A stretch of 64,000 nt of DNA from Candidatus Eiseniibacteriota bacterium (GTDB lineage: Bacteria > Eisenbacteria > RBG-16-71-46 > CAVPCR01): the NCBI GenBank assembly GCA_963702435.1, contig CAVPCR010000001.1, forward strand, positions 1,472,001 through 1,536,000, read 5' to 3'. A program made the translations under genes and the position numbers. This document shows, piece after piece, positions 27,733 through 38,105 of this stretch. A model generated the notes under the pieces. It was not told the DNA's origin. It ran no database searches and was given only the letters and a program-made list of their open reading frames with translations. Each line of letters starts with the position of its first letter. Position 1 is the stretch's first letter.

Positions 27733-28872
27733 ATGACGATGCATCCGGATGAAGGAACCCTCAGGGCCCATCTCGATCGCGAGCTCGCGGCAGGCGCGGC
27801 CGCGGAGGTCGCCGCGCATCTCGCCGCGTGCACGGAGTGCGCCGGGCGGGCCAGCGCGATGAGCGGGCGCGCCGCGCGCGTGGCGGCGGAGCTCGAGGCG
27901 CTTTCGCCGGCGGCGGAAGCCGCCGCGGCGACCCCGCCGGCAGCAGCCCGCGAGCGCCTTTCGGCACTGGAGAGCAAGATCGCTCCGCTCCCGCGTCCCC
28001 CGCGGCGCCGGCGCGCGCTGTGGGCGGGGCTCGCGGCGGCTGCCGCGATCGTCGCCCTCTTCACCATCCCGCCGCTCCGCGCGATAGCTGTCGACTTCCT
28101 CGGCCTCTTCCGCGTCGAGCAGGTCGCCGTCGCCCCGGTAAACCCCGGCGACATGCCCGCGCGCCTCGGCTCCTCCGCCCAGCTCGGAGCGCTCCTCTCC
28201 GATCAGGTCCATGTCGAGTCGAGCGGCGAGCCTGCCTACATGGCCGATCCGGGCCAGGCCGCCGCGGCCGCCGGGTTCCACGTTCGCATGCCCTCGCTCC
28301 TCGCGTCTCCCGACGAGCTCGCGGTCCAGCCGGCGGGACAGGCCACGATCCGCGTCGATCTCGCGCGCGTGCGTGCCGTCCTCCGCGAGATCGATCGCGA
28401 TGCAGCCGAGCTGCCGGCGGAGCTCGACGGCGCCGAGATCGGGATCGACTTCCCGAAGAGCGTGCGCGCCTGCTGGGGCGATTGCCCGCGGCCGGAGGAA
28501 CACGGTACGGAGAACCCACCCGACCGCCAGGGCATCCTCCTCGTCCAGCTCCCGAGCCCCGCGGTCGCGGCTCCAGCCGGCTTGCCCGTCGATCGCATCG
28601 GTGCGGCCTTCCTCGAGATCATGGGTATGCCGCGCGCGGAGGCGGTGCGCTTCAGCGAGAACGTGGACTGGGCGACGACGCTCGTGATCCCGATCCCGCG
28701 GTACTCGACCTCGTATCAGGAAGTGACCGTGGACGGAGTCCGGGGGACTCTCATCCGGCACTCCGGGCGCCTCTCCTACATGCTCCTCTGGGTGAAGGAC
28801 GGCGTCATCTACGCGCTCGCCGGATCGGGCGAGGCGGCGCGCGGGATCGAGATCGCCAGCTCGCTCCGGTAG
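27733..28872 (+). CDS. Zinc-finger anti-sigma factor
   Basis: HLAACTEC motif, single TM segment, extracytoplasmic domain; follows the ECF sigma gene. Confidence 0.85.
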   Translation: MTMHPDEGTLRAHLDRELAAGAAAEVAAHLAACTECAGRASAMSGRAARVAAELEALSPAAEAAAATPPAAARERLSALESKIAPLPRPPRRRRALWAGLAAAAAIVALFTIPPLRAIAVDFLGLFRVEQVAVAPVNPGDMPARLGSSAQLGALLSDQVHVESSGEPAYMADPGQAAAAAGFHVRMPSLLASPDELAVQPAGQATIRVDLARVRAVLREIDRDAAELPAELDGAEIGIDFPKSVRACWGDCPRPEEHGTENPPDRQGILLVQLPSPAVAAPAGLPVDRIGAAFLEIMGMPRAEAVRFSENVDWATTLVIPIPRYSTSYQEVTVDGVRGTLIRHSGRLSYMLLWVKDGVIYALAGSGEAARGIEIASSLR

Positions 28873-28932
28873 CTCGCGGCAGAGGCCACCGATGTCCACC
28901 CGCAAGACGCTTGCGACGAGCGCGACGAGCGC

Positions 28933-29865
28933 ATGAACGCCGCATCACTCGCCATCGAGACCGCGGGACTCCGCAAGGAGTACGGCGCGAAGGTGGCGGT
29001 CGCCGATCTCTCGCTCGCGGTCGCCCGCGGCGAGATCTTCGGCTTTCTGGGGCCGAACGGCGCCGGGAAGACGACCGCGGTCAAGATGCTCCTCGGGCTC
29101 GCAGCGCCGACCGCGGGCACGGTGCGCCTCCTCGGCTCACCCGTCGGCGACCACCGCGTGCGCGCGCGCGTCGGCTTCCTGCCCGAGCATTTCCGCTTTC
29201 ACGACTGGCTCACGGGCCGCGAGTTCCTGGCGCTCCATGCCGACCTCCATCGCATGCCGCGCGCCACCGCCGGCCGCCGCGCCGCAGAGCTGCTCGACCT
29301 GGTCGGCCTCGCGACGCACGCGGGGAAGCAGCTCCGCCACTACTCGAAGGGCATGCTGCAGCGGATCGGGCTCGCCCAGGCGCTCCTCAACGAGCCGGAG
29401 CTCGTGCTCCTCGACGAACCGACCTCCGGGCTCGATCCCGGTGGCCGTATTCTCGTCCGCGACATCCTCCGCGATCTCCGCCGCCGCGGGACTACGGTGT
29501 TCCTCAACTCGCATCTCCTCGGCGAGGTCGAGGCGGTGTGCGATCGCGTCGCCTTCGTGCGCCGCGGCGAGGTCGTCAAGAGCGGCACCCTCGCGAGCCT
29601 CGCCGACGGGCGGCTGCACGTGGCGGTCCGCGCGCGGGGGCTCACGCCCGCGGTCATCGCCGGCCTCGCCCTCCTGGCGGGCGATGTGGCCGCCGACGGC
29701 GACGCGCTCACCTTCACGGTCGCAAGCGAGGAGGCGCTTCCCGCGATCCACCGCCATCTCGTCGGCGCGGGCGTCGAGGTGTTCGCCTTCGCACCGGAGC
29801 GCCCGTCGCTCGAGGAGCTCTTCGTCGCGATCGTCGGCGCGCGCGGCCATGGCGAGGAGCTCTGA
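28933..29865 (+). CDS. ABC transporter ATP-binding protein
   Basis: GPNGAGKT, YSKGM, LDEP. Confidence 0.95.
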   Translation: MNAASLAIETAGLRKEYGAKVAVADLSLAVARGEIFGFLGPNGAGKTTAVKMLLGLAAPTAGTVRLLGSPVGDHRVRARVGFLPEHFRFHDWLTGREFLALHADLHRMPRATAGRRAAELLDLVGLATHAGKQLRHYSKGMLQRIGLAQALLNEPELVLLDEPTSGLDPGGRILVRDILRDLRRRGTTVFLNSHLLGEVEAVCDRVAFVRRGEVVKSGTLASLADGRLHVAVRARGLTPAVIAGLALLAGDVAADGDALTFTVASEEALPAIHRHLVGAGVEVFAFAPERPSLEELFVAIVGARGHGEEL

Positions 29866-30701
29866 TGCCGGCCACCCTCGTCATCGCCGGGCTCACCTTC
29901 CGCGAGGCGGCGCGGCGACGGATCCTCCTCGCCGCGCTCGTCCTCGGCCTCATCTTCCTCGCGGTCTACGGCTTCGGGTTCAACTTCGTCCAGCGCGAGG
30001 CGACCGATGGTGTCGCGCGGAGCCCGCTCGCCCGGAACGAGATCTGCAACTTCCTCGCGATGGCCGGGCTCTACGTCGTCAACTTCCTCCTCGTCATGAT
30101 GACCGTGCTCACGTCGGTGGACACGGTGTCGGGCGAGATCGCAAGCGGCACCATGCAGGCCGTCGCCGCGAAGCCGCTCCGGCGCCGCGAGATCCTCCTC
30201 GGGAAATGGCTCGGCTTCGCCGGCATGATGACGCTCTACCTCGTCCTCATGGCCGGGGGCGTGATGGGCATCGTCTACGCGTTCGCGGGGTACACGGTTC
30301 CGCACGCGTTCCGCGGGCTCGCCCTCCTCTGGCTGAACGGGCTCCTCCTCCTCTCGCTCTCGCTCCTCGGCGGCGCGGTCTTCTCGACGCTCACGAACGG
30401 CGTTCTCGTCTTCGGCCTCTACGGGATCGCCTTCATCGGCGGCTGGATCGAGCACGTGGGCTCGTTCATGCGGAATCAGACCGCGGTGAACGTGGGCGTC
30501 GTCGCGAGCCTCCTCTTCCCCGCCGAGGCCCTGTGGCGCCGCGCCGCGCACGAGATGCAGTCGCCCCTCGTCGCCGCACTCGGCTTCTCGCCGTTCACCT
30601 CCCCGTCGGTGCCGAGCCCGCTCCTCGTCGGGTACGCCACGGCCTACGCCGCGGTGGCGCTCGCCCTCGCCGCGCGCGAGTTCGCGCGGCGGGATCTGTA
30701 G
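29865..30701 (+). CDS. ABC-2 type transporter permease
   Basis: TFREAARRR, EIASGT..KPLRR..LLGK, multiple TM segments; TGATG coupling. Confidence 0.9.
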   Translation: MPATLVIAGLTFREAARRRILLAALVLGLIFLAVYGFGFNFVQREATDGVARSPLARNEICNFLAMAGLYVVNFLLVMMTVLTSVDTVSGEIASGTMQAVAAKPLRRREILLGKWLGFAGMMTLYLVLMAGGVMGIVYAFAGYTVPHAFRGLALLWLNGLLLLSLSLLGGAVFSTLTNGVLVFGLYGIAFIGGWIEHVGSFMRNQTAVNVGVVASLLFPAEALWRRAAHEMQSPLVAALGFSPFTSPSVPSPLLVGYATAYAAVALALAAREFARRDL

Positions 30702-30722
30702 GGCGGGCTCGCCGCCCCGCCC

Positions 30723-33302
30723 TCACTCCGCCCTGAGGCTCGCCGCCGGATCGGCGCGCACCGCGGCGCGCGCCGGGAGCCAGGCCGCAAGCAGCGACGC
30801 CGCGGCCACGACGGCGAGCGCCTCGAAGAGGACGCGCGGCGAGAGCACCCACAGGATGGTCCAGCCGAAGAACTGGCGATTGATGACGAAGACGAGGAGG
30901 AGCGCGAGCCCGATCCCGGTCACGGCACCGACCAGGAGCGCGGCGAGGCCGATCAGCAGCGCCTCGAAGAGGACCATCCGCCTGACCTGCACCGCCGTCG
31001 CGCCGATCGCGCGCAGGATCCCGATCTCCGCCCGCCGCGCCGCCACGCTCACGGTCAACGTGAAGAAGACGCCGGTCATGGCGACGATGAGCGTGATGAG
31101 CTTGAGCGTCATGGTGATGGCGAAGGTCTGATCGAACTCGCGGAGCGCCGCGGTGCGGATGTCCCGGTTCGAGCGGACGATGAGCGCGTGCTCGCGGCCG
31201 GCCGTCGCGAGGATCTCATCGCGCATGGACTCGGTCGCCGCCGGATCGTCGAGATAGAGCGCGAGCGAGTTGACCTGATCGTCGCGGAAGAGACGCGCGT
31301 AATGCGGGAGATGGAAGAGCACGAGCCCGGCGTCGCTCGAGTAGTCGTAGAAGACGCCGGCGATCGGGAGGGCGGCGGGGCCGCCGGGAGTGACGAGGCG
31401 AAGCGTGTCGCCTTCCCCGAGCCCCTGGTGGCGCGCGAGCGGCTCGCTCACGATGACGCCGCCGTCCCGCACTGCCGCAGCGAGGACCGCGCGCGCGTTA
31501 CCCTTCCGGAAGAGGAAGGTGGACTCGGCCGCGATCACATCGAGGAGCACCGCGCCGCCACGGATGCCCCGGCCACCCACCGTGAGATCGAAGCTCCGCA
31601 GGCGGTCGACGGCGCGGAGGCCGGGGCGCCCCGCGATCGCCGCGATCACATCGGGCGGGAGCACGACGGCCTCGCCCGCCGCATGGCTCGCCGGCGTCAC
31701 GTAGAGATCCGCGCGGATCGTCTGTTCGATCCACAGGTCCACGGTACGACGGAAGCTCTCGATCATGATCGAGACGCCGACCACCATGGCGATCGCCGAG
31801 CTCAGGGCGGCAATCGTCACCGCGGCGCGCCGGAGCGCGGCACGCAGCTCGCGCGCCGCGAGACGGAGGCCGACGCTCGCCGGCACGAGGGGCGCCGCGA
31901 GCGCGATGAGCGCTGCCGCTGCCGCGGGCGCCGCGAGCGCGCCGGCGACCAGGATGAGGAGCGCCGCGACGAATCCGGTCCACGGATGGCGCGCGGCGAG
32001 CGGTGAGATGCAGATCGCGGCGGCGAGCGCCCCCGCGAGGAGCGCGAGCCCGAGGATCCGGAGCGGGCGGAACCAGCGCGGCGCCGGGTAGCGCCCCTCG
32101 GCGAGGACCTCCTGCGGCTCGAGGCGCGCGGCCTCGCGCGCCGGGGCGATGCCGGCGGCGACGACCGCCCCCACGCCGGCGAGCGCGGCCGCAACGAGCA
32201 CGCGCGGCTCGACGAAGAGCTCGCGCACCGCGACCTGCACGTAGAGCGCCGAGACGGTGCGCGCGATCGAGCCGAGCACGAGCCGCGCGAGGAGGACGCC
32301 GAGGCCGAGCCCGGCGGCGATCCCGATCGCGCCAAGGACTCCGGTCTCGAGGAGGACCAGCCGGCCGATGAGCCGGCGCGGCGCGCCGAGCGCGCGCAGG
32401 ATCCCGATCTCGCGCCGCCGGCGCACGACCTCGGTCATCGCCGCGTTGTAGACGAGAAAGACGCCGACGAAGAGCGAGATCAAGCTGAGCGCGGTCAGGT
32501 TGAGACGGAAGGCGGCGAGCATGGTCTCGACCTGCGCGGTGCGCGCGCCGGGGCGGCGGACCGTGGCGTCGGGCGGGAGTGCGGAGCCGGCCACGCCGGC
32601 GGGACCCATGAGCCACGCCGCCGCCTGATCCGGATCGTCCACAATGAGATCGATCCGATCGAGCCGGCCGAGCCGGCCGGTGACCTCCTGCGCGGTCGCG
32701 ATGTCGAGGACGACAAGGCGCTCGGCCGTGCGCTCGAACTCGCCCGTGAAGCGGAGGAGGCCACGCACAACGAGCGTGTCCGGCTGCGACCGGGCAAGGA
32801 TCACGAGCGAGTCGCCGGGGGCGACCCCGAGCTTCCGCGCGAACGCCGCCGGCAGGAGCGCCCCGCGAGAATCCGCGAGCCAGCGCAGGAACTCGCCCGG
32901 ATCGCCGCCGGCGCCGCCGTCACCGCCTCCGACCTCGTAGCTCCGGAAAGGCGCATTCGAGAAGCTGTCGATGCCGAGGAGCTCGACCACCTCGCCCGGA
33001 TGCTCCGGGAGGAGCGCGCTCCCGGTGACGACCGGCGTCGCCGCGGTGATCCCGGCCGCGCGTCGCACGCGTACGTAGAGCGAGTCAGGAAGACCGCCGC
33101 TGCCCGCGGCGATCTCGAGATTGGCGCGCCCCGCCACCGCGTCCACGGTAGCGGCGAACGTGCGGAGCACGGTGCGGTTCGCGACCTGGATCGCGACGAA
33201 GACGGCGACCCCGAGCGCGACGCCGAGGACGGCGAGGAGGAAGAGACCGGGCGCGCGCCGCGTGTGGCGCCAGCCGAGCCAGCCGAGGAGACGGCGGATC
33301 AT
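30723..33302 (-). CDS. FtsX/MacB-like ABC permease (AttFG-like)
   Basis: Two RRxEIGILRAxGA repeats with periplasmic domains. Confidence 0.9.
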   Translation of the reverse strand: MIRRLLGWLGWRHTRRAPGLFLLAVLGVALGVAVFVAIQVANRTVLRTFAATVDAVAGRANLEIAAGSGGLPDSLYVRVRRAAGITAATPVVTGSALLPEHPGEVVELLGIDSFSNAPFRSYEVGGGDGGAGGDPGEFLRWLADSRGALLPAAFARKLGVAPGDSLVILARSQPDTLVVRGLLRFTGEFERTAERLVVLDIATAQEVTGRLGRLDRIDLIVDDPDQAAAWLMGPAGVAGSALPPDATVRRPGARTAQVETMLAAFRLNLTALSLISLFVGVFLVYNAAMTEVVRRRREIGILRALGAPRRLIGRLVLLETGVLGAIGIAAGLGLGVLLARLVLGSIARTVSALYVQVAVRELFVEPRVLVAAALAGVGAVVAAGIAPAREAARLEPQEVLAEGRYPAPRWFRPLRILGLALLAGALAAAICISPLAARHPWTGFVAALLILVAGALAAPAAAAALIALAAPLVPASVGLRLAARELRAALRRAAVTIAALSSAIAMVVGVSIMIESFRRTVDLWIEQTIRADLYVTPASHAAGEAVVLPPDVIAAIAGRPGLRAVDRLRSFDLTVGGRGIRGGAVLLDVIAAESTFLFRKGNARAVLAAAVRDGGVIVSEPLARHQGLGEGDTLRLVTPGGPAALPIAGVFYDYSSDAGLVLFHLPHYARLFRDDQVNSLALYLDDPAATESMRDEILATAGREHALIVRSNRDIRTAALREFDQTFAITMTLKLITLIVAMTGVFFTLTVSVAARRAEIGILRAIGATAVQVRRMVLFEALLIGLAALLVGAVTGIGLALLLVFVINRQFFGWTILWVLSPRVLFEALAVVAAASLLAAWLPARAAVRADPAASLRAE

Positions 33303-34030
33303 GGGGGCGGGGCCGCGGACGCCGGCGAGACGCCCTCGATCCGGCCGTCGCGCATCGTGACGACGCGATCGGCCGCCCGCGCCAGCTCGGGCGCGTGCGT
33401 GGCGAGAACGATCGTGGTCCCGCGCGTCGCGGGCAGGGCGCGGAGGAGCCGCACGATCTCGGCGCCGGTCGCCGAGTCGAGGTTCCCGGTTGGCTCATCG
33501 GCCAGGAGCAACGGGGCGTCGTTCACGAGCGCGCGCGCGATGGCGCCGCGCTGCCGCTCGCCTCCCGAAAGCGCGGTCGCCCGCCGCCCGGCCAGACCGG
33601 CGAGCCCGACCGCCGCGAGGAGCTCCTCGGCGCGCCGCCGCGCCTCGCCGGCGCCCACCCCGGCGAGGAGCGCCGGCAGCATGACATTCTCGCGAAGATC
33701 GAGCGTCGGCAGCAGATTGAAGAACTGGAAGACGAAGCCGACCTCGCGCCGGCGGATCGCGGTGCGCGCCTCGTCGTCGAGGCGGGCCACGTCGCGGCCG
33801 CCGAGCCACACCTCGCCGGCGCGCGGGCGATCCATGGCGCCCATGACGTGGAGGAGGGTGCTCTTCCCGCTCCCGCTCTGGCCGACGAGGGCGACGAATT
33901 CGCCTGCCCCGACGGTGAGCGAGACGCCGCGGAGCGCCTCCACCTCGCCGCCCTCGTCGCCGTAGACATGGCGCACGTCGCGGAGGACGAGGAGATCGCG
34001 GCGCGCCTCGGCATCAGTCATGGCAAGCAT
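33299..34030 (-). CDS. LolD/AttE-like ABC ATP-binding protein
   Basis: GQSGSGKS, LSGGERQR, LADEPTGNLD. Confidence 0.95.
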   Translation of the reverse strand: MLAMTDAEARRDLLVLRDVRHVYGDEGGEVEALRGVSLTVGAGEFVALVGQSGSGKSTLLHVMGAMDRPRAGEVWLGGRDVARLDDEARTAIRRREVGFVFQFFNLLPTLDLRENVMLPALLAGVGAGEARRRAEELLAAVGLAGLAGRRATALSGGERQRGAIARALVNDAPLLLADEPTGNLDSATGAEIVRLLRALPATRGTTIVLATHAPELARAADRVVTMRDGRIEGVSPASAAPPP

Positions 34031-34114
34031 AGCGGGGATCGTATCACCACCGCGATCCGGCGCTTGGCTTGCTATGCTCCCTCATTCGCTCGCACCGGGA
34101 GGAGGATCGCTCGC

Positions 34115-34660
34115 ATGACCATCGCCAGCTTCGAAGGCAAGACACCCGCGATCGGCGCGGGCACCTACATCCATCCCTCGGCCGACGTCTTCGGCGACGT
34201 CGTGATCGGCCGCGGCGCCTGGATCGGCCCCGGCGCCCGCATCCGCGGCGACTACGGCGCCATCCGCATCGGCGACGCGACGAGCGTCGAGGACAACTGC
34301 GTGATCCACGCGCGTCCCGGCGAGACGTGCACGATCGGGAGCTGGGTCACGATCGGCCACGGCGCCATCATCCACAACGCGCTCCGCATCGACGATTACG
34401 CTGTGATCGGCATGGGCGCCGTGGTGAGCGACTGGACCGTCCTCGGCACGTGGGCCGTGGTGGGCGAGGGCGCGGTCGTCCGGCAGCGCCAGGAGATCCC
34501 CGCCGGACACATCGCGGTCGGCGTCCCGGCGCGCCTCCTCGAGAAGACCGTGGACGAGGCCTACAAGGCCGACTGGCTCCGCTTCAAGGAGATGTACGCC
34601 GATCTCGCGCGCCGCTACCCGGGCGGCTGGCAACCGATCGCCGCGGGCGCGACGGTCTGA
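34115..34660 (+). CDS. Gamma carbonic anhydrase-family hexapeptide-repeat protein
   Basis: IRGDYG, VEDNCVIH, IGHGAIIH. Confidence 0.9.
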   Translation: MTIASFEGKTPAIGAGTYIHPSADVFGDVVIGRGAWIGPGARIRGDYGAIRIGDATSVEDNCVIHARPGETCTIGSWVTIGHGAIIHNALRIDDYAVIGMGAVVSDWTVLGTWAVVGEGAVVRQRQEIPAGHIAVGVPARLLEKTVDEAYKADWLRFKEMYADLARRYPGGWQPIAAGATV

Positions 34661-34768
34661 CCGGTGTCGCATCCCCTTTCGCGAGCCGGCACCAGGTGGT
34701 AGCTTCATCGCCTGTTCCGGCTCCCGTTGACACCTGTTCGCCAACGACCGCCTCATAGCGAGGACTGC

Positions 34769-35152
34769 ATGATCGACCCCATCTCTCTTCACCTGCCGGC
34801 GTCCCGGATGCTGATCATGGCCGCCCTCGTCGGCGCGCTCCTCTTCGGCTGCGCACCCCACAGCCAGGAGTCGCTCGATCTCTCGGGACCGGCCGCGGCC
34901 AAGGTGGACCCCGAGCTCAAGCGCACCGCGTCACAGCTCCTCGCCGCGGGGCACGGCGACTCGCTCGTCACCGTGCTCGTACGGGTGAAGGGCGAGGGCA
35001 CCGAGACGGCGCTCGCGAAGAAGGGCATGCAGGTGGACACGGTGATCGGGGACGTCGCGACCGGCCGGGTGGCGCCGAGCGCTCTCGCCGAGCTGGCGGC
35101 GCTCGACGAGGTGATCATGATCGAGCCCGCCCGCCAGCTCGAGATCAAGTGA
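34769..35152 (+). CDS. Small lipoprotein resembling a subtilase propeptide
   Basis: Lipobox LFGC; GMQVDTVIGDVATGRV..LAELAALDEVIMIEPA aligns with the prodomain of the next gene. Confidence 0.7.
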   Translation: MIDPISLHLPASRMLIMAALVGALLFGCAPHSQESLDLSGPAAAKVDPELKRTASQLLAAGHGDSLVTVLVRVKGEGTETALAKKGMQVDTVIGDVATGRVAPSALAELAALDEVIMIEPARQLEIK

Positions 35153-35205
35153 CATGGACGGGTGACATGACAAGTGATATGGACGCACTGCGAGGACGAC
35201 ACGCG

Positions 35206-38079
35206 ATGAAAGCCAAGCACATCTGCCGCCTGGTCGGTCTCATGGCGATCCTCGGCGCCGGAAGCGCGCTCGCCGCTCCCGCGCCGCCGCTCAGCCCGGA
35301 GGAGGGCCGGAAGATCGCGCCGCTCCTCCGCGTGGCGGCGGAGCCGCTGTTCGACGCGAGCGCCAGCGCCGCGCCCGCCGGCGCCCCGGTCATCGCCACG
35401 CTCAGCCCGATGGCGGCCGCCCTCGGCGCCCGGATCGAGGGCGGCGTCCCGGTCGCCGATCTCCTCTTCGCGATCGAGACTGGCGGCGCGCAGTCCCTCG
35501 CCGCGCTCGGCATCACGGTGGACGCGGTGGTCGGCCCGGTCGCCACCGCGCGCGCGGTGCCGCTCGCGCTCGTGGACGATCTGGCGCGGCGGCCTGAGAT
35601 CACGCGCCTCGAGCCCGCGAGCCGTCGCTTCCCGATGAACGACGTGAGCGTACCCGACACCGGCGCTCCGGGCGTGTGGTCCGAGTTCGGAGCCACCGGG
35701 CGCGGCGTCGTCGTCGGCGTTGTCGACACCGGCATCGACGTCAACCATCCCGACTTCAGGAACGCGGACGGCACGACCCGCATCAAGTTCCTCCTCGACC
35801 TGAGCCAGCCGGGGAGCGGACCTTACGGCGGCACCCTCTTGACCGCTGCCGACATCAATACTGGCGCCGTCTCGCAGGATGTGGTGGGCCATGGCACTCA
35901 CATCACAGGGAGCGCCGCCGGCGGCGGGCGAGCCGACTCGAGCTTCCGCGGTATGGCCCCCGAGGCCGATCTCGTCATCGTCAACGCCGATCGCACGCGG
36001 ACAGGCGACTTCACGAGCGCTGACATCGTGAACGGGCTCTCTTTCATCGACCAGAAGGCGGCCGAACTCGGTGCGCCGTACGTCGCCAATCTGAGTCTTG
36101 GCGGCCACACCGGCGCCCATGATGGTTCGGCGCTCGAGGAGGTCGCGATCGACAACCTCTGCCGCGCCGGAAAGGCGGGCAAGGCCATCGTGATCGCCGC
36201 CGGCAACGAGCGCGACGATCCCCCACGACACGCGGCGGGAGATCTGCAGAGCGGCTCCGAGATCCGTTTCACCATCTCCAACTACACCCCGGAGCCCGGC
36301 AGCCAGAACGATTTCGTCCTCATCAACATGTGGTACGAGACGTTCTCTGGCTTCTCGGTCACTCTGATCACACCGAACGACATCGCAATCGGACCGTTCG
36401 CTCCCGGCGGATCGAACGGCGCGAGCGGCGACTTCACCGGGGACGGCGTGATCGGAATCCAGAATGCGGTGAGCGGCGCCGATCCCGCCAATGGGGACTT
36501 CCAGTGCAGCATCATTGTGATCGATGCCGGCGGCGTGGTGCCCATGCCGGGGCAATGGCGCGTTCGGATCGAGGGTGACGCCGGCCCGTTCGATGCCTAC
36601 ATCGCAGCCGGCACCATCGGGGCGCGCTTCACCAACTTCGTGCCCCCGACTGGCTTCGTGGCCGAGCCGGGGACCGCACGCAATGCGATCACGGTAGGCG
36701 CCTACATGACGAAGATCGAATGGGATGACAAGGACCTGAACCACTTCGATCTGCGACAGCTCGGCTTCCCGAACGCCGTGTTCGGCGTCATCGCGCCGCT
36801 CTCCAATGCGGGGCCCACGCGCGACGGACGCATCAAGCCTGAGCTCGTCGCCCCGGGGCAGGAGATCGGCTCCTGCTTCTCGAGCGATGCGCCGCCTGGA
36901 TCCGCCGCCTCGAGCTTCACCTCGCCTTTCCCGGATGACTACCCGAACATGTTCATCCTCGCCGGCGACAGCTACGCGATCCAGCAGGGTACGAGCCAGG
37001 CCACCCCCCATGTCGCCGGAGCGGTGGCCCTCCTCTTCGAGCTCCATCCCGACTGGGACATCATCGACGTGAAGCGAGCGCTCACCAGCACCGCCCGCGC
37101 CGACGCCTTCACCGGCGTTCTCCCCAACAATCTCTACGGCTACGGGAAGCTCGATGTCTTGAGCGCGGTGCGCGCCGCGGCACCGGACACGATCATCGCG
37201 GGCGATGTGGACGGGAACGATCTCCTCGAGGTCGCCGATGTGCTCCTCGCCCTCGACTTCGTGCTCGCGGTCCAGGAGCCGAGCGCCGAGGAGCTGGCAC
37301 GGGCCGACTTGAACGCGGACGCGCGCCTGGACGTGGGCGATCTCGTTCTCATTGTGCGCGCAGTCGCCGCCGGTGCGAGGCCCGCCGCCGAGCCGGCCGC
37401 GCCAGCCGGCAGCGAAACGTGGGTCCTGCCGATCGCGATCGCCGCGGAGAAGCCGGTCGTGGCGGTCGAACTCATCCTGGCGCACGCGGCCGGTGCGATC
37501 GGCGTGACGCCCCTTGGCGGATCGGCCCGGAGCGCGCGCGCCGGCGTCCTTGCCGCCGGCGCCGCACGCGACCGCGCGGGCACGACGCACCTCCTCGCCC
37601 TCGCCGTCGACGGCCGCTCGCTCGCGGGCGGCGAACCTGTGATCCTGCTTCCACTTGCCTTGCCGGCGGGCGATGACCCGGCCGCAGCCATGGTCCCGCT
37701 CCGGATCGATCTCATCGGCCCCGGCGGCACACGCGTCGCGGGAGACGCCGTCCTCGGCGCCCCGGAGCGCGCCTCGCCGGCGAGCGCCGCCCCGGCAGTT
37801 CTCGCAGTATGGCCGGTCGCGCCGAATCCATTTGCGAGCCCGGCCCGCATCGCCTTCACGGTGCCCGGCAGTGAAAATCGGCGGGTTACCGTCGGAATCT
37901 ACGACGTGAGCGGGCGGCTCGTGGCCGCGCTCGCCGACGACTTGCGCGCCCCGGGCCGGCACGAGGTGACCTGGGACGGCCGGGGCTCGAGCGGCCGGCC
38001 GCTTGCTGCGGGCATCTACTGGGCGCGTGTCACCGCGGGCCACGAGAGCGCCTCGGCCCGGCTGACGGTGGTGCGATGA
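35206..38079 (+). CDS. S8 subtilase with dockerin, cohesin-like and FlgD-Ig C-terminal domains
   Basis: VDTGID, GHGTHITG, AAGNE, GTSQATP; GDVDGNDLLEVAD / ADLNADARLDVGD; PNPF..YDVSGRLV..WDG..GIY. Confidence 0.92.
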   Translation: MKAKHICRLVGLMAILGAGSALAAPAPPLSPEEGRKIAPLLRVAAEPLFDASASAAPAGAPVIATLSPMAAALGARIEGGVPVADLLFAIETGGAQSLAALGITVDAVVGPVATARAVPLALVDDLARRPEITRLEPASRRFPMNDVSVPDTGAPGVWSEFGATGRGVVVGVVDTGIDVNHPDFRNADGTTRIKFLLDLSQPGSGPYGGTLLTAADINTGAVSQDVVGHGTHITGSAAGGGRADSSFRGMAPEADLVIVNADRTRTGDFTSADIVNGLSFIDQKAAELGAPYVANLSLGGHTGAHDGSALEEVAIDNLCRAGKAGKAIVIAAGNERDDPPRHAAGDLQSGSEIRFTISNYTPEPGSQNDFVLINMWYETFSGFSVTLITPNDIAIGPFAPGGSNGASGDFTGDGVIGIQNAVSGADPANGDFQCSIIVIDAGGVVPMPGQWRVRIEGDAGPFDAYIAAGTIGARFTNFVPPTGFVAEPGTARNAITVGAYMTKIEWDDKDLNHFDLRQLGFPNAVFGVIAPLSNAGPTRDGRIKPELVAPGQEIGSCFSSDAPPGSAASSFTSPFPDDYPNMFILAGDSYAIQQGTSQATPHVAGAVALLFELHPDWDIIDVKRALTSTARADAFTGVLPNNLYGYGKLDVLSAVRAAAPDTIIAGDVDGNDLLEVADVLLALDFVLAVQEPSAEELARADLNADARLDVGDLVLIVRAVAAGARPAAEPAAPAGSETWVLPIAIAAEKPVVAVELILAHAAGAIGVTPLGGSARSARAGVLAAGAARDRAGTTHLLALAVDGRSLAGGEPVILLPLALPAGDDPAAAMVPLRIDLIGPGGTRVAGDAVLGAPERASPASAAPAVLAVWPVAPNPFASPARIAFTVPGSENRRVTVGIYDVSGRLVAALADDLRAPGRHEVTWDGRGSSGRPLAAGIYWARVTAGHESASARLTVVR

Positions 38080-38105
38080 GCGCGGCGGTCAAAGGAGAAC
38101 GCGAG

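Noticed and set aside
25792..28905. 1037-aa minus-strand ORF
   Set aside because: Mostly the antisense shadow of the sigma and anti-sigma genes, fused to the first frame of the beta-helix gene
34789..38043. 1084-aa minus-strand ORF and similar long antisense ORFs (40418-42340, 50204-52732, 61270-63558)
   Set aside because: Shadow frames of well-supported plus-strand genes in GC-rich DNA; no recognisable motifs
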